The notes beneath the pieces were generated by a model that made no database searches, had not been told where the DNA came from, and saw nothing but the letters and a program-made list of their open reading frames with translations. Shown here in pieces: positions 18,565-27,890 of a stretch of 47,400 nt of DNA. The number at the start of each line of letters is the position of its first letter. The stretch's first letter is position 1. The DNA lies in contig QBLX01000004.1 in assembly GCA_003241825.1 (NCBI GenBank), forward strand, positions 1 through 47,400, given 5' to 3'. The position numbers and the translations under genes are program-made. The DNA is from Alphaproteobacteria bacterium (GTDB taxonomy: Bacteria > Pseudomonadota > Alphaproteobacteria > Caulobacterales > Caulobacteraceae).

Positions 18565-19872
18565 CTATTTCCCTATGCAGAAGTTCGAGAAAACTTCGCC
18601 TAGAACATCTTCAACCCCGATCGCTCCAGTGACACGGGCCAGTGCCTCCGCCGCTCTGCGCAGGTCATCAGCCGCCATCTCGGGCGCGTGCGCCAATGCC
18701 GCGCTCCCTGCCTCGACGGACACAAGAGCTTCGGCCAGCCGTCTCCTGTGCCGCTCCCGGGTTACAGCTGGGAAGTCAGACCCTGAAAGGTCCCGCGCAA
18801 GGCGGGCCGCAATCCACTCCCGGACCTCCTCGACTCCAGTCCCGTCGGATGCGCTCACGCCGATCGTCTCGAGACCCGGTGGAGAGACTGCATTGCCCAG
18901 ATCGGCTTTGCTCTGGATAACCAGATCGGTCGGCTGGACAAATTCCGCAGCGGCACTCTCGAGATCACCCGGTGCCAAGACCCATACCCGGAGGTCCGCG
19001 TCCAGTGCTCGCATGCGAGCGCGGCGAACCCCCTCCGCCTCAATCGGATCAAGACTGTCCCGCAGTCCGGCCGTGTCAGAGAGCGTTACGGCATAACCAC
19101 CAATGACAAGTTCTGCGTCCAGGACGTCCCGTGTCGTTCCGGCTATGGGTGTGACAATGGCTGCGTCCCGCGCAACGAGGGCGTTGAACAATGTGCTCTT
19201 GCCAGCATTCGTCTCGCCGATCAGTACGATCCGGTACCCATCTCGCACCCTTCTGCCACGAGCGGCGTCAGACAGGGCTGCCCTCAGATCGTTTGCAAGG
19301 GCTTCAAGAACCGGACCTGCCGATCGGGCCAGCTGATCTGGAATGTCCTCATCAGGAAAATCAATCTCGGCCTCAACGAACGCGAGGGCTCTGAGCAAGG
19401 ATTGCCGAAATAAGGCATAGGTTTGTGACAGCGCGCCTCCGAGCTGACCGAGAGCCTGGGTCGCCTGCGCAGCCGTTTCGGCATCGACCAGATCGGCAAC
19501 AGCTTCGGCCTGGGCGAGATCCATCCGGCCATGTTCGAAGGCTCGCCTGGTGAATTCGCCCGGCTCGGCGGGGCGGACGCCGATGGCCGTCAAGGCCTCG
19601 ACAACGCCTTCTACAACCGCACGACCGCCGTGGAGATGAAGCTCGGCGCAATCCTCGCCCGTGTAACTCTTCGGCGCGGGGAAATGCAGGACAAGGGCCT
19701 GATCCAGTATCCTGCCACGATGGAGCAGCGTCCGCAGGGAGGCCTGACGTGGCGCGATTCTCGCCACGCCCAAGGCTCGAAGCACGTCTCCAGTCGCGGG
19801 CCCGGACATCCGCATCACAGCGATGGCACCTCGCCCAGAGGGGGTAGCCAAGGCGAAGATCGTGTCGCTCAT
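18565..19872 (-). CDS. mnmE: tRNA modification GTPase MnmE
   Basis: DTIFALAT, SYTGED..E...HGG, GETNAGKS, GTTRD, DTAG and C-terminal FCIGK. Confidence 0.97.
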   Translation of the reverse strand: MSDTIFALATPSGRGAIAVMRMSGPATGDVLRALGVARIAPRQASLRTLLHRGRILDQALVLHFPAPKSYTGEDCAELHLHGGRAVVEGVVEALTAIGVRPAEPGEFTRRAFEHGRMDLAQAEAVADLVDAETAAQATQALGQLGGALSQTYALFRQSLLRALAFVEAEIDFPDEDIPDQLARSAGPVLEALANDLRAALSDAARGRRVRDGYRIVLIGETNAGKSTLFNALVARDAAIVTPIAGTTRDVLDAELVIGGYAVTLSDTAGLRDSLDPIEAEGVRRARMRALDADLRVWVLAPGDLESAAAEFVQPTDLVIQSKADLGNAVSPPGLETIGVSASDGTGVEEVREWIAARLARDLSGSDFPAVTRERHRRRLAEALVSVEAGSAALAHAPEMAADDLRRAAEALARVTGAIGVEDVLGEVFSNFCIGK

Positions 19873-19930
19873 GTCAAACCACGCCAAGGGAGCGATTGTC
19901 CCATAGGACGCCAAAGGGGCAAGGTCAGGT

Positions 19931-20167
19931 TCAGGGCTTGGTGGACGTGGCCGCCATTTCCATCAGGCGCCGAAATTGGTCTTGGGCCTGAAGGCCGAAG
20001 CTTGTCCAGTTTTTCATCAGCTCGTCGGGCTGCATCAGCGCCATGTTCTCGTCCATCCTCCGCTTCATCTCCGATACGAGATGGTCGTTCAGCGGCTCGA
20101 CATTGGGCAGGCCCAAAAAGGCGCGTGCCTCGGCGGGCTCGCATTCGATCTCGATATTGACCTTCAT
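19931..20167 (-). CDS. DUF6489-like small protein
   Basis: MKVNIEIECEPAEARAFLGLPNVEP signature; GGGAG SD. Confidence 0.8.
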   Translation of the reverse strand: MKVNIEIECEPAEARAFLGLPNVEPLNDHLVSEMKRRMDENMALMQPDELMKNWTSFGLQAQDQFRRLMEMAATSTKP

Positions 20168-20178
20168 GGTGCACTCCC

Positions 20179-20194
20179 TGTTTCACGTGAAACA
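20179..20194. promoter_or_regulatory. parS site (perfect palindrome) downstream of rho
   Basis: TGTTTCACGTGAAACA. Confidence 0.95.
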
Positions 20195-20215
20195 TAGGCC
20201 GATCTGCAGCCTGCG

Positions 20216-21616
20216 TCAGGTGTTCATGGACTGGAAGAAGTCGCCGTTGTTCTTGGACTGACGCATCTTGTCGAGCAGGAACTCGATCGCGTCCTGGGGT
20301 CCCATGGGGTTCAGGATGCGACGCAGCACATAGGTCTTTGTCAGCTGATCCTTCGGTGTGATCAGCTCCTCCTTGCGGGTACCCGACTTCAGCACATCGA
20401 TGGCCGGGAAGATCCGCTTGTCGGCCACCTTGCGATCCAGCACGATCTCGGAGTTGCCGGTGCCCTTGAACTCTTCGAAAATGACCTCGTCCATCCGGCT
20501 GCCGGTGTCGATCAGGGCCGTTGCGATGATCGTCAGGCTACCGCCCTCCTCCACGTTACGCGCCGCTCCGAAAAACCGCTTCGGGCGTTGCAGGGCATTG
20601 GCGTCCACGCCCCCGGTAAGGACCTTGCCCGAAGACGGCACTGTCGCGTTGTAGGCTCGACCGAGGCGCGTGACCGAATCCAGAAGGATGACGACATCGC
20701 GCTTGTGCTCGACCAGACGCTTCGCCTTCTCGATAACCATTTCGGCGACGGCGACGTGACGGGTCGCCGGCTCGTCAAAGGTCGAGGCCACGACTTCGCC
20801 CTTCACCGTCCGCTGCATGTCCGTCACTTCTTCCGGACGCTCGTCAATCAGGAGAACGATCAGCACGACTTCGGGGTGGTTGGCTTCAATCGACTTGGCG
20901 ATGTTCTGGAGCATGACCGTCTTGCCGACGCGGGGTGGTGCCACGATGAGGCAACGCTGGCCCTTGCCGAGCGGGGCCACGATGTCGATCACGCGGCCTG
21001 AACGATCCTTCAGGGTCGGGTCCTGGATCTCCATGATCAGCCGCTCGTTGGGATACAACGGCGTCAGGTTGTCGAAATTGACCTTGGTGCGGACTGTTTC
21101 GGGGTCTTCAAAATTGATCGTGTCGACCTTGAGCAGGGCGAAATAACGCTCGCCTTCGCGGGGTCCACGCACGGCACCATGAACGGTATCGCCGGAGCGG
21201 AGGCCGAACCGGCGGATCTGGGACGGCGACACATAGACATCGTCCGGGCCGGGCAGATAGTTGGCATCGGGGCTCCGCAGGAAGCCAAAGCCGTCCGGCA
21301 GCATTTCGAGCGTACCCGAGGCAATGATCTCGACTTCTTCATCCGCGAGGGTCTTGAGGATTGCGAAGAGAAGGTCCTGCTTGCGCAGGTTCGATGCATT
21401 CTCGATTTCGAGCTGTTCGGCAAAGGCGACCAATTCGACCGGCGTCTTGTCATTCAATTCCTGCAGCGTGATCCGGCCAGACGGCACGATCGACTCCTCG
21501 TCATCGCTTTCCGCCTCCTGGTCGACGATCGATGTGTCGACAGCTTCCTGGAGGTGGCTATCGGTGTCCTCTGCATGGACTTCGGTTTCAGCGGTGTCGT
21601 CGGTCGGATCGATCAT
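20216..21616 (-). CDS. rho: Transcription termination factor Rho
   Basis: [56 protein letters not shown]. Confidence 0.98.
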   Translation of the reverse strand: MIDPTDDTAETEVHAEDTDSHLQEAVDTSIVDQEAESDDEESIVPSGRITLQELNDKTPVELVAFAEQLEIENASNLRKQDLLFAILKTLADEEVEIIASGTLEMLPDGFGFLRSPDANYLPGPDDVYVSPSQIRRFGLRSGDTVHGAVRGPREGERYFALLKVDTINFEDPETVRTKVNFDNLTPLYPNERLIMEIQDPTLKDRSGRVIDIVAPLGKGQRCLIVAPPRVGKTVMLQNIAKSIEANHPEVVLIVLLIDERPEEVTDMQRTVKGEVVASTFDEPATRHVAVAEMVIEKAKRLVEHKRDVVILLDSVTRLGRAYNATVPSSGKVLTGGVDANALQRPKRFFGAARNVEEGGSLTIIATALIDTGSRMDEVIFEEFKGTGNSEIVLDRKVADKRIFPAIDVLKSGTRKEELITPKDQLTKTYVLRRILNPMGPQDAIEFLLDKMRQSKNNGDFFQSMNT

Positions 21617-21878
21617 GAACGTGCAATCAGCGTCATCGCCGCATGATCATGGACCATGCGGGCGGGTGGATATGAATCTTGTCTTGGTCTTTCGACCGGC
21701 GTGGAGTTGCGACGGGATCCGGAGCGGGACGATACGTCCTCGGCGACCGGCGCCGCGAAAGAAGGGCAGCGCGAATGATCGCGCCTCGCTGCCAGCGGAA
21801 CCACATGGGGTCGTTCAGGTCAAGCGTGACCGTCACCGTCGCCCGACACAAGCAGTGAGCCGGCTATCCTGGTCCGCG

Positions 21879-22343
21879 CTATAAACGCCATTCGGTCGTG
21901 ACCGAGAGTACCATCACGATCGCCAGCACAAACGGCACTTCGTTGGTCAGGCGCCAGAATTTGCTGGTCCTGACCGAGCTACCGGCGGCTATCCTCTTCT
22001 TTTCGGCGGACAGATAACCGTGCCAGCCACTCAGCAGCAGCACGCCGGAAAGTTTCGCGATCATCCATGGCTCTGCCAGAAACCCGACACCCCGCGACTG
22101 CACGCCCAGATGGATCAACCAAAGCCCGAAAACCCACGACAGGATCATCGCCGGATTCAGGATGATCTTCACCAGCCGCGTCTGCCAGGCCCGCAGCAGT
22201 GTCTGCATCTCTATGCGCAGCGGCTCGGCCTTGTCGCGCTGCTCGGCATCATAGGCATAGAGGCGAGGCAGGAAGAGCAGCCCGGCCATCCAGGCGATAA
22301 CAGCCAGGATGTGCAGGCCGCGGGCCAGATCGTAAAGGTTCAT
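21879..22343 (-). CDS. hemJ: Protoporphyrinogen oxidase HemJ
   Basis: LHILAVIAWMAGLLFLPRLY, NPAMI, WMIAKL, NEVP; follows hemE-hemH. Confidence 0.88.
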   Translation of the reverse strand: MNLYDLARGLHILAVIAWMAGLLFLPRLYAYDAEQRDKAEPLRIEMQTLLRAWQTRLVKIILNPAMILSWVFGLWLIHLGVQSRGVGFLAEPWMIAKLSGVLLLSGWHGYLSAEKKRIAAGSSVRTSKFWRLTNEVPFVLAIVMVLSVTTEWRL

Positions 22344-22355
22344 CGCGTTCTGTTC

Positions 22356-23429
22356 CTAGGCGGCCATGCGCGGATTCTGGCAGGGGCAGGCTTTCCACCG
22401 ACCCTGACAGCCTGGACCGTAGGGCCGGATGCCGTCGCGCCCCAGGGCATCCACGACAGCATCGGACAAGGCCGCAATGAAAGGTTCTGCCGTCCCGACA
22501 GCCGGGACCCGGACATAAGGATGGACACCCTTCTCTTCAGCCAACTCCGCATATTCCTGATCCAGTTCGACCAGGGTTTCGATGTGCTCGGAAACAAAGG
22601 CGATCGGGACAATCAGCACCCCGACCTTGTCCTCGGCGGCCTGGTCGATGGCTTCAGGCGTTGACGGTCCCAACCACTTCAGGGGCCCCACCCGGCTCTG
22701 GTAGCAAAGAGCATGGTCTTGCAGGCCCGCTCGCTCGGCCACGGCCGCGACCGTCGCCTCGACCTGTTCCTGATAGGGATCGCCGTCCTTGGTGACGAGC
22801 TTCTCCGGAATACCATGCGCCGAGAACAGGACCCGAACCGGCTGGTCTCCGATTTCTTCCAGCCCCTGACGGATCAGCTCAGCCTGTGCCTCGATCCAGC
22901 CGTCAGCCTGCGGGTAGCAGCAGACGACCCTCGACTGCCCTGGTCCCCGGTAAGCCCTGTTCCACGCACGAAGGGACGAGCGGGTCGTGGTCGTCGAGAA
23001 CTGCGGATACAGAGGAAGGATCACGATCTCGTCGGGCGCAAATGCCGCCACATCCGCCGCGGCCTCCTCGGTCAGCGGGTGCCAGTACCGCATCGCGATG
23101 AACGAACGAACCGTATCGCCTGGAAGGGCCTGACCCAGACGAGCATCCAGAGCCTCGGTCTGTTTGCGCGTTTCAGGCAACAGGGGCGAGCCGCCGTTGT
23201 AGTCCGTCCCCATCAAAGCATAGTTGGCCTGGGCGCTGGCCTCGCGCCGCGATGAAATCAGATTGGCGAGCGGGGTCCGGAACAGCCCGGGCAGACCGAT
23301 GATTGCGGGATCATTGAACAGATTGAAGAGGAAGGGCTTCACCGTGGCCTGATCGTCCGGCCCGCCCAGATTAAACAGCACGACAGCGATCCGGCGTCCG
23401 TGGGATCTCGGCGCTGCGTCAATGGTCAT
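22356..23429 (-). CDS. hemH: Ferrochelatase
   Basis: LFNLGGP, AMRYWHP, PLYPQFS, FSAHG, YQSRVGP..WL.P, FVSEHIETL.ELD. Confidence 0.96.
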   Translation of the reverse strand: MTIDAAPRSHGRRIAVVLFNLGGPDDQATVKPFLFNLFNDPAIIGLPGLFRTPLANLISSRREASAQANYALMGTDYNGGSPLLPETRKQTEALDARLGQALPGDTVRSFIAMRYWHPLTEEAAADVAAFAPDEIVILPLYPQFSTTTTRSSLRAWNRAYRGPGQSRVVCCYPQADGWIEAQAELIRQGLEEIGDQPVRVLFSAHGIPEKLVTKDGDPYQEQVEATVAAVAERAGLQDHALCYQSRVGPLKWLGPSTPEAIDQAAEDKVGVLIVPIAFVSEHIETLVELDQEYAELAEEKGVHPYVRVPAVGTAEPFIAALSDAVVDALGRDGIRPYGPGCQGRWKACPCQNPRMAA

Positions 23430-24460
23430 TGGGCTCCGATCCGCTTCAACACCTGGTCAACGTGCGCCATCGGCACGTCCGGCAAAATGCCGTGACCCAG
23501 ATTGAAGATCCATGGACCGTTGCCCCACGCCTCGACAAGCTGATCGACCCTGCGGTCCAGCGCCGCACCGCCAACCCGCAGTAACAGCGGATCGAGGGCA
23601 CCCTGGATCGGTTTGATGGCCTGGACGCGTTGACCGACGGCCAACGGACAGGCCGTGTCCAGCGCCACGCCCTGAACATCACACTCCGTTGCATAGCGTT
23701 CAGCCAGAGCGGCAGAGCCCCGCGGGAAGCCGATCAGGGGAACTGTAACGCCCAGTTCGCGCACACGAGCCACAAGAGCTTGGTGGGGTTTCAGGACGAG
23801 CCGGTCGAACAGATCGTCAGGCAAACCCTCGGCCCAGCTTTCGAAAATCTTGAGAACCTGAGCGCCGGCATCGGCCTGCATCTTGAGATAATGAGCTGTG
23901 GCCTCGACGAGCACAGCGAGAACGGCATCGACCTTCTCTGGTTCGGCATAGGCATAGGTCCGCGCTGTTGCTCGCTCGCCCTTCCCGATGGTGCGGTCCT
24001 CTCCGTCCAGCATATAGGTGGCCACCGTCCATGGGGCTCCCGCGAAGCCGATCAGGGCGCGCTCAGGCTCGAGCTGGGCCCGTACGATCGACAGCGTTTC
24101 ACCGACCTGCTTCAGCGCCTCGCCGGCTTGAGAGGTGAGGTCCGACATGCTCTCGACGGACGGAAGTGCACCGAGGCGAGGTCCCTCTCCCGTCTCGAAC
24201 CAGACCTTCTGACCCAGAGCCTGCGGGATCAGCAAAATATCAGCGAAAACGATCGCCGCATCGAAACCATACCGGCGCATCGGCTGAAGCGTAGCTTCGG
24301 CAGCCATCTCCGGATTGAGACAGAAGGCAATGAAGTCCGGGGCTCGGCTCCGGAGTTCGCGATATTCCGGCAGATACCGTCCAGCCTGACGCATGAACCA
24401 GACAGGGGGACGGGCGGTGGTCTGACCCTTCAGGGCCTGGAGAAGCAAAGGTTCGGTCAT
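23426..24460 (-). CDS. hemE: Uroporphyrinogen decarboxylase
   Basis: PVWFMRQAGRYLPEY, FADIL, GFAGAPWTVATY, IFNLGHGI. Confidence 0.97.
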   Translation of the reverse strand: MTEPLLLQALKGQTTARPPVWFMRQAGRYLPEYRELRSRAPDFIAFCLNPEMAAEATLQPMRRYGFDAAIVFADILLIPQALGQKVWFETGEGPRLGALPSVESMSDLTSQAGEALKQVGETLSIVRAQLEPERALIGFAGAPWTVATYMLDGEDRTIGKGERATARTYAYAEPEKVDAVLAVLVEATAHYLKMQADAGAQVLKIFESWAEGLPDDLFDRLVLKPHQALVARVRELGVTVPLIGFPRGSAALAERYATECDVQGVALDTACPLAVGQRVQAIKPIQGALDPLLLRVGGAALDRRVDQLVEAWGNGPWIFNLGHGILPDVPMAHVDQVLKRIGAQ

Positions 24461-24604
24461 GCATTGGCTTTAGGGGTGGACCGGTCTCGCCTCAAGCCCA
24501 CGATCCAACCTTGTTCTGTTCAAAAGAATTAAGTCTTTGGAGGAAGGTAGGTAGGGCCCGGGATGACGGGGACAGAATTCCGGTCATCCTCGATCACCAA
24601 CAGC

Positions 24605-24668
24605 TTTTCCACGGACCCCGGGCATCAGGCGCACCCGATAGGCAACGGCCTGTAGATGCCGGGGATAA
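24605..24668. promoter_or_regulatory. Imperfect DnaA boxes
   Basis: TTTTCCACG at 24605-24613 (+, 8/9 to TTWTNCACA) and TTATCCCCG at 24660-24668 (-, 7/9), the latter 3 bp from CtrA box 1. Confidence 0.5.
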
Positions 24669-24671
24669 GTC

Positions 24672-24687
24672 TTAACAAGACCTTAAC
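24672..24687 (+). promoter_or_regulatory. CtrA binding box 1
   Basis: TTAA-CAAGACC-TTAAC, a perfect TTAA-N7-TTAAC. Confidence 0.88.
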
Positions 24688-24734
24688 AGACAGGGCCTTG
24701 GCCTATGCTAAAGAGCTTGTCAGGGGTGGGTAGC

Positions 24735-24750
24735 GTTAACGGCTCGTTAA
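24735..24750 (-). promoter_or_regulatory. CtrA binding box 2
   Basis: Minus strand TTAA-CGAGCCG-TTAAC, a perfect TTAA-N7-TTAAC. Confidence 0.88.
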
Positions 24751-24754
24751 GAAC

Positions 24755-24906
24755 TCCCCAATGAAGGCATTGCCTCCTTCCACTGATGGACAGCCTGGCG
24801 GCAAAGCGCCCGATTTGTCCCGCAGTCTCCCCACTCGCCGACGTCGATATCGGCCGCTATAGGTTCTTGGCCCAGCAGGCCAGGTTGATACCCAGGACTG
24901 TCCCCA
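24755..24906 (+). promoter_or_regulatory. Three W-box-like weak DnaA sites (TCCCCA)
   Basis: TCCCCA starting at 24755, 24828 and 24901, all on the same strand. Confidence 0.5.
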
Positions 24907-24950
24907 GGCGGAGCGGATGTTATGAGTCTGTCATCTAGAGTTTCTCGCTC

Positions 24951-25817
24951 ATGAGTCCTTCCCGTCCTGCCGGAGCAAGACTGGCCACCTATTTCCATGT
25001 TCATCTGGTGTCCGACTCGACGGGCGAGACGCTGAACGCGATGGCCAAGGCCGTGACGGCCCGGTTCGACGGGGTCATCCCGATCGAACATATCTATGCC
25101 CTCGTCCGCTCTCCCAAACAGATGGAGCGGGTGCTTGAAGAAATCGCTGTTGCACCGGGTGTCGTCCTGCACACCCTGGTCGATCGGGACCTTCGAGCCC
25201 AGCTTGAGGACGGCTGCCGAACGCTGGATATGCCCCAGATTGGCGCTCTTGATCCCCTGGTCGGCGCGTTGTCCCGCTATCTGGGAGCTGCCCTGTCAAC
25301 CCGGGTGGGCGCCCAGCACACGCTCGACCACGACTATTTCAACCGGATCGGAGCCCTGGACTATGCCATGGCACATGACGACGGGCAGGGGACCGCCGAG
25401 CAACTGGAAGGGGCGGATGTCGTCCTTGTCGGGGTGTCGCGGACCTCAAAGACTCCAACCTGTATCTATCTCGCCCACCGCGGCATCAGGGCTGCCAATG
25501 TACCCCTTGTCCCGGGCCAGGAAGACGGCGAGCGACTGGTGACGCTGAAGAACCCGCTGGTCGTCGGGCTGACCGTTTCACCGGACCGCCTTATCCAGAT
25601 CAGGCGAAACCGTCTCGATGGACTGAATGCCGACCGGGCCTCGGCCTATGTCGATCACGATGCAGTCCGCGACGAGACAGTGAAAGCGCGCCGTGCTTTC
25701 GAACGGCGCGGCTGGCCAACCATTGATGTGACCCGCCGGTCAGTCGAGGAGACGGCGGCGGCAATCGTCAACCTGCTGAGCGAGCGGCGCACACGGCGAC
25801 TGGGGGCTCCGTGGTGA
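24951..25817 (+). CDS. Pyruvate,water/phosphate dikinase regulatory protein (DUF299 kinase/pyrophosphorylase)
   Basis: HLVSDSTGETL, HDDGQ, LVGVSRTSKTPT, AANVP, SVEETAA. Confidence 0.93.
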   Translation: MSPSRPAGARLATYFHVHLVSDSTGETLNAMAKAVTARFDGVIPIEHIYALVRSPKQMERVLEEIAVAPGVVLHTLVDRDLRAQLEDGCRTLDMPQIGALDPLVGALSRYLGAALSTRVGAQHTLDHDYFNRIGALDYAMAHDDGQGTAEQLEGADVVLVGVSRTSKTPTCIYLAHRGIRAANVPLVPGQEDGERLVTLKNPLVVGLTVSPDRLIQIRRNRLDGLNADRASAYVDHDAVRDETVKARRAFERRGWPTIDVTRRSVEETAAAIVNLLSERRTRRLGAPW

Positions 25818-26452
25818 TGTTCAAGGCTGACGACCCTGCGCAAGGCCGCTTGCACGGGCAACCGGGTGATGAAGTCCTGGTTCTCGCATCCAAAAGCGCC
25901 GCGCGTCAGGCCTTGCTCAACGACGCTGGCGTCCAGTTTTCGGTTCATGTCGCAGATGTCGATGAGGATGCGCTTAAAATGCCCGGGGTCGATGCGGTCC
26001 ATCTGGCTGTCGATCTTGCCAGGCTGAAGGCTCTCGCCGTTTCTCGGCATCATGATGAGGCCTGGGTCCTCGGCGCAGACCAGACCCTCGCCTTCGACGG
26101 GGGGCTGATTTCCAAGGCCCGCTCGCTGAATGAGGCGCGGGAACGGCTTCAGTCCATGCGTAACCGGACACACCAGTTGCACTCGGGAGCGGCGCTCGCA
26201 AAAGGCGGACAGATTGTCTGGTCAGGCGTCGATACTGTGACCATGCGGATGCGCAATTTCTCCGACGACTTCCTCGATGCCTATCTGGCGTCCGAAGGCG
26301 AGAGTTTGCTGACCTGTGTCGGGTCCTATCGCATCGAAGGAATGGGATCACAGCTTTTCGAGGCCGTGGAGGGCGATCATTTCACGGTTCTTGGCCTGCC
26401 CTTGTGGCAAGTACTGGCGGAACTCAGGCGTGCGGGAGTGCTTCTGACATGA
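25817..26452 (+). CDS. maf: Maf-family nucleoside triphosphate pyrophosphatase
   Basis: LASKS..R, VDED, LGADQ, GSYRIEG.G.QLF, VLGLPL; TGATG coupling to the upstream gene. Confidence 0.92.
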   Translation: MFKADDPAQGRLHGQPGDEVLVLASKSAARQALLNDAGVQFSVHVADVDEDALKMPGVDAVHLAVDLARLKALAVSRHHDEAWVLGADQTLAFDGGLISKARSLNEARERLQSMRNRTHQLHSGAALAKGGQIVWSGVDTVTMRMRNFSDDFLDAYLASEGESLLTCVGSYRIEGMGSQLFEAVEGDHFTVLGLPLWQVLAELRRAGVLLT

Positions 26453-27246
26453 CAGCGGTAGCCGGGGTTGTTGGCTGGCCGATAGCCCATTCCCTCAGCC
26501 CGCTTCTCCACAATGCCTGGATCGACGCCGCAGGAATCGACGCCCGCTATCAGGCCATGGGACCTGAAGACCCGCAGGCGTTTCGTCGCCTGATCGCGCT
26601 GGGACGGAAGGGTACCCTGACGGGGGTCAATGTCACGGCGCCCTATAAGGAACTGGCTCTCGCTCTTTCGGACACGGTTTCGGAAACGGCGCGCCGGGCC
26701 GGGTCGGCCAATCTGCTGGTTTTCAGCGATGGCCAGGTCACGGCCGACAGTACCGACGGCTTTGGACTGATGGGAGCACTCCACGAACAGGCCCCGCAGT
26801 TGTCGGTGATCGGCCGGGTGGTGGCCGTACTCGGCGCCGGGGGAGCAGCACGAGCTGCCGTGGCCGCCCTTCTGGATAACAAGGCGGAAGTCGTAATCTT
26901 CAACCGGACCCGCGAAAAGGCACAGTCCCTTATACATCAGGTTGGCGGGCGACTGGGAGAAGATGAAGATCTCAGGTCAGCGGCTCTGGTGGTCAATGCC
27001 CTGAGTGTGCCTCCTGTGCTGGATTTCGATCTGGTTGCCGAAGGTGCAGTGATGATGGACATGACCTACCGGCCACTTCAAACGCCTTTCCTCGAGGCGG
27101 CGCGGTCGCGGGGTCTGACCGGGGTAGACGGTTTGGCCATGCTGATCGAACAGGCCCGGCCCTCCTTCAGGGCTTTCTACGGTTTCGAACCGCCGCGGAT
27201 CGATGTGCGGGCGCTGGCCCTGGCGCATCTGGGAGAAGCTTTGTGA
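26449..27246 (+). CDS. aroE: Shikimate dehydrogenase
   Basis: [44 protein letters not shown]. Confidence 0.93.
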   Translation: MTAVAGVVGWPIAHSLSPLLHNAWIDAAGIDARYQAMGPEDPQAFRRLIALGRKGTLTGVNVTAPYKELALALSDTVSETARRAGSANLLVFSDGQVTADSTDGFGLMGALHEQAPQLSVIGRVVAVLGAGGAARAAVAALLDNKAEVVIFNRTREKAQSLIHQVGGRLGEDEDLRSAALVVNALSVPPVLDFDLVAEGAVMMDMTYRPLQTPFLEAARSRGLTGVDGLAMLIEQARPSFRAFYGFEPPRIDVRALALAHLGEAL

Positions 27247-27884
27247 TCGTGTTGGGTCTGACCGGATCGATCGGTATGGGCAAGTCGACCACGACTGCCA
27301 TGTTTGCCGAACTCGGTGCACTGGTCTGGAATGCCGACGAGGCCGTCCATGCCCTGTATGCCGCGGGTGGCGCTGCAGTCGGCCCGGTAGGGGACGCCTT
27401 TCCAGACGCCTTGGTCGACGGAGCAATTGACCGGGATCGTCTGGCGAGGGCTCTGGGCAGCGACGACAGGGCTTTCCGGCGCCTGGAAGCTATCGTCCAT
27501 CCCCTTGTGGCTCGGGGGCGCGCGAAGGATCTGGTTCGTGCGGAGGCCAACGGGTTGCGCCTCGCCGTTCTGGACATCCCGCTGTTGTTCGAGACGGGCG
27601 GTGATGCGGTGGTTGATGCAGTCGTCGTTGTCAGTGCGCCTGAGGAGATTCAGGCCGAACGTGTCCTGGCCCGACCCGGCATGACCCGCGAACGTTTCGA
27701 GGCTATTCTGGCGCGCCAGATCCCTGACGCCGAAAAGCGCAACCGGGCTGATTTCATCGTTGAAACCGGACAGGGCCTCGACACCGCGAGAGCCAGTGTA
27801 GCCGAAATCGTCAGCACGGTTCTATCGCCAGGGTGGAGATCGCCCCGCAAGGGACTTTCCCAACCGCACGAACCACCTCAATAG
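27243..27884 (+). CDS. coaE: Dephospho-CoA kinase
   Basis: [13 protein letters not shown]-loop, IVHP, DIPLLFE; GTG start overlapping the aroE stop. Confidence 0.95.
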   Translation: MIVLGLTGSIGMGKSTTTAMFAELGALVWNADEAVHALYAAGGAAVGPVGDAFPDALVDGAIDRDRLARALGSDDRAFRRLEAIVHPLVARGRAKDLVRAEANGLRLAVLDIPLLFETGGDAVVDAVVVVSAPEEIQAERVLARPGMTRERFEAILARQIPDAEKRNRADFIVETGQGLDTARASVAEIVSTVLSPGWRSPRKGLSQPHEPPQ

Positions 27885-27890
27885 TCCGGC

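Larger units (their letters stand above)
24461..24950. other. Chromosomal replication origin (Cori-type oriC)
   Basis: 490-bp gap between divergent hemE and DUF299 genes, the known Caulobacter origin position; contains CtrA boxes, DnaA-like boxes and an AT-rich patch at 24511-24538; parS cluster lies 4-9 kb away. Confidence 0.88.

Noticed and set aside
21803-21824. CTTGAC...CCCCATGT upstream of rho as a sigma-32 promoter
   Set aside because: The spacer is only 8 bp, far below the 13-17 bp required.
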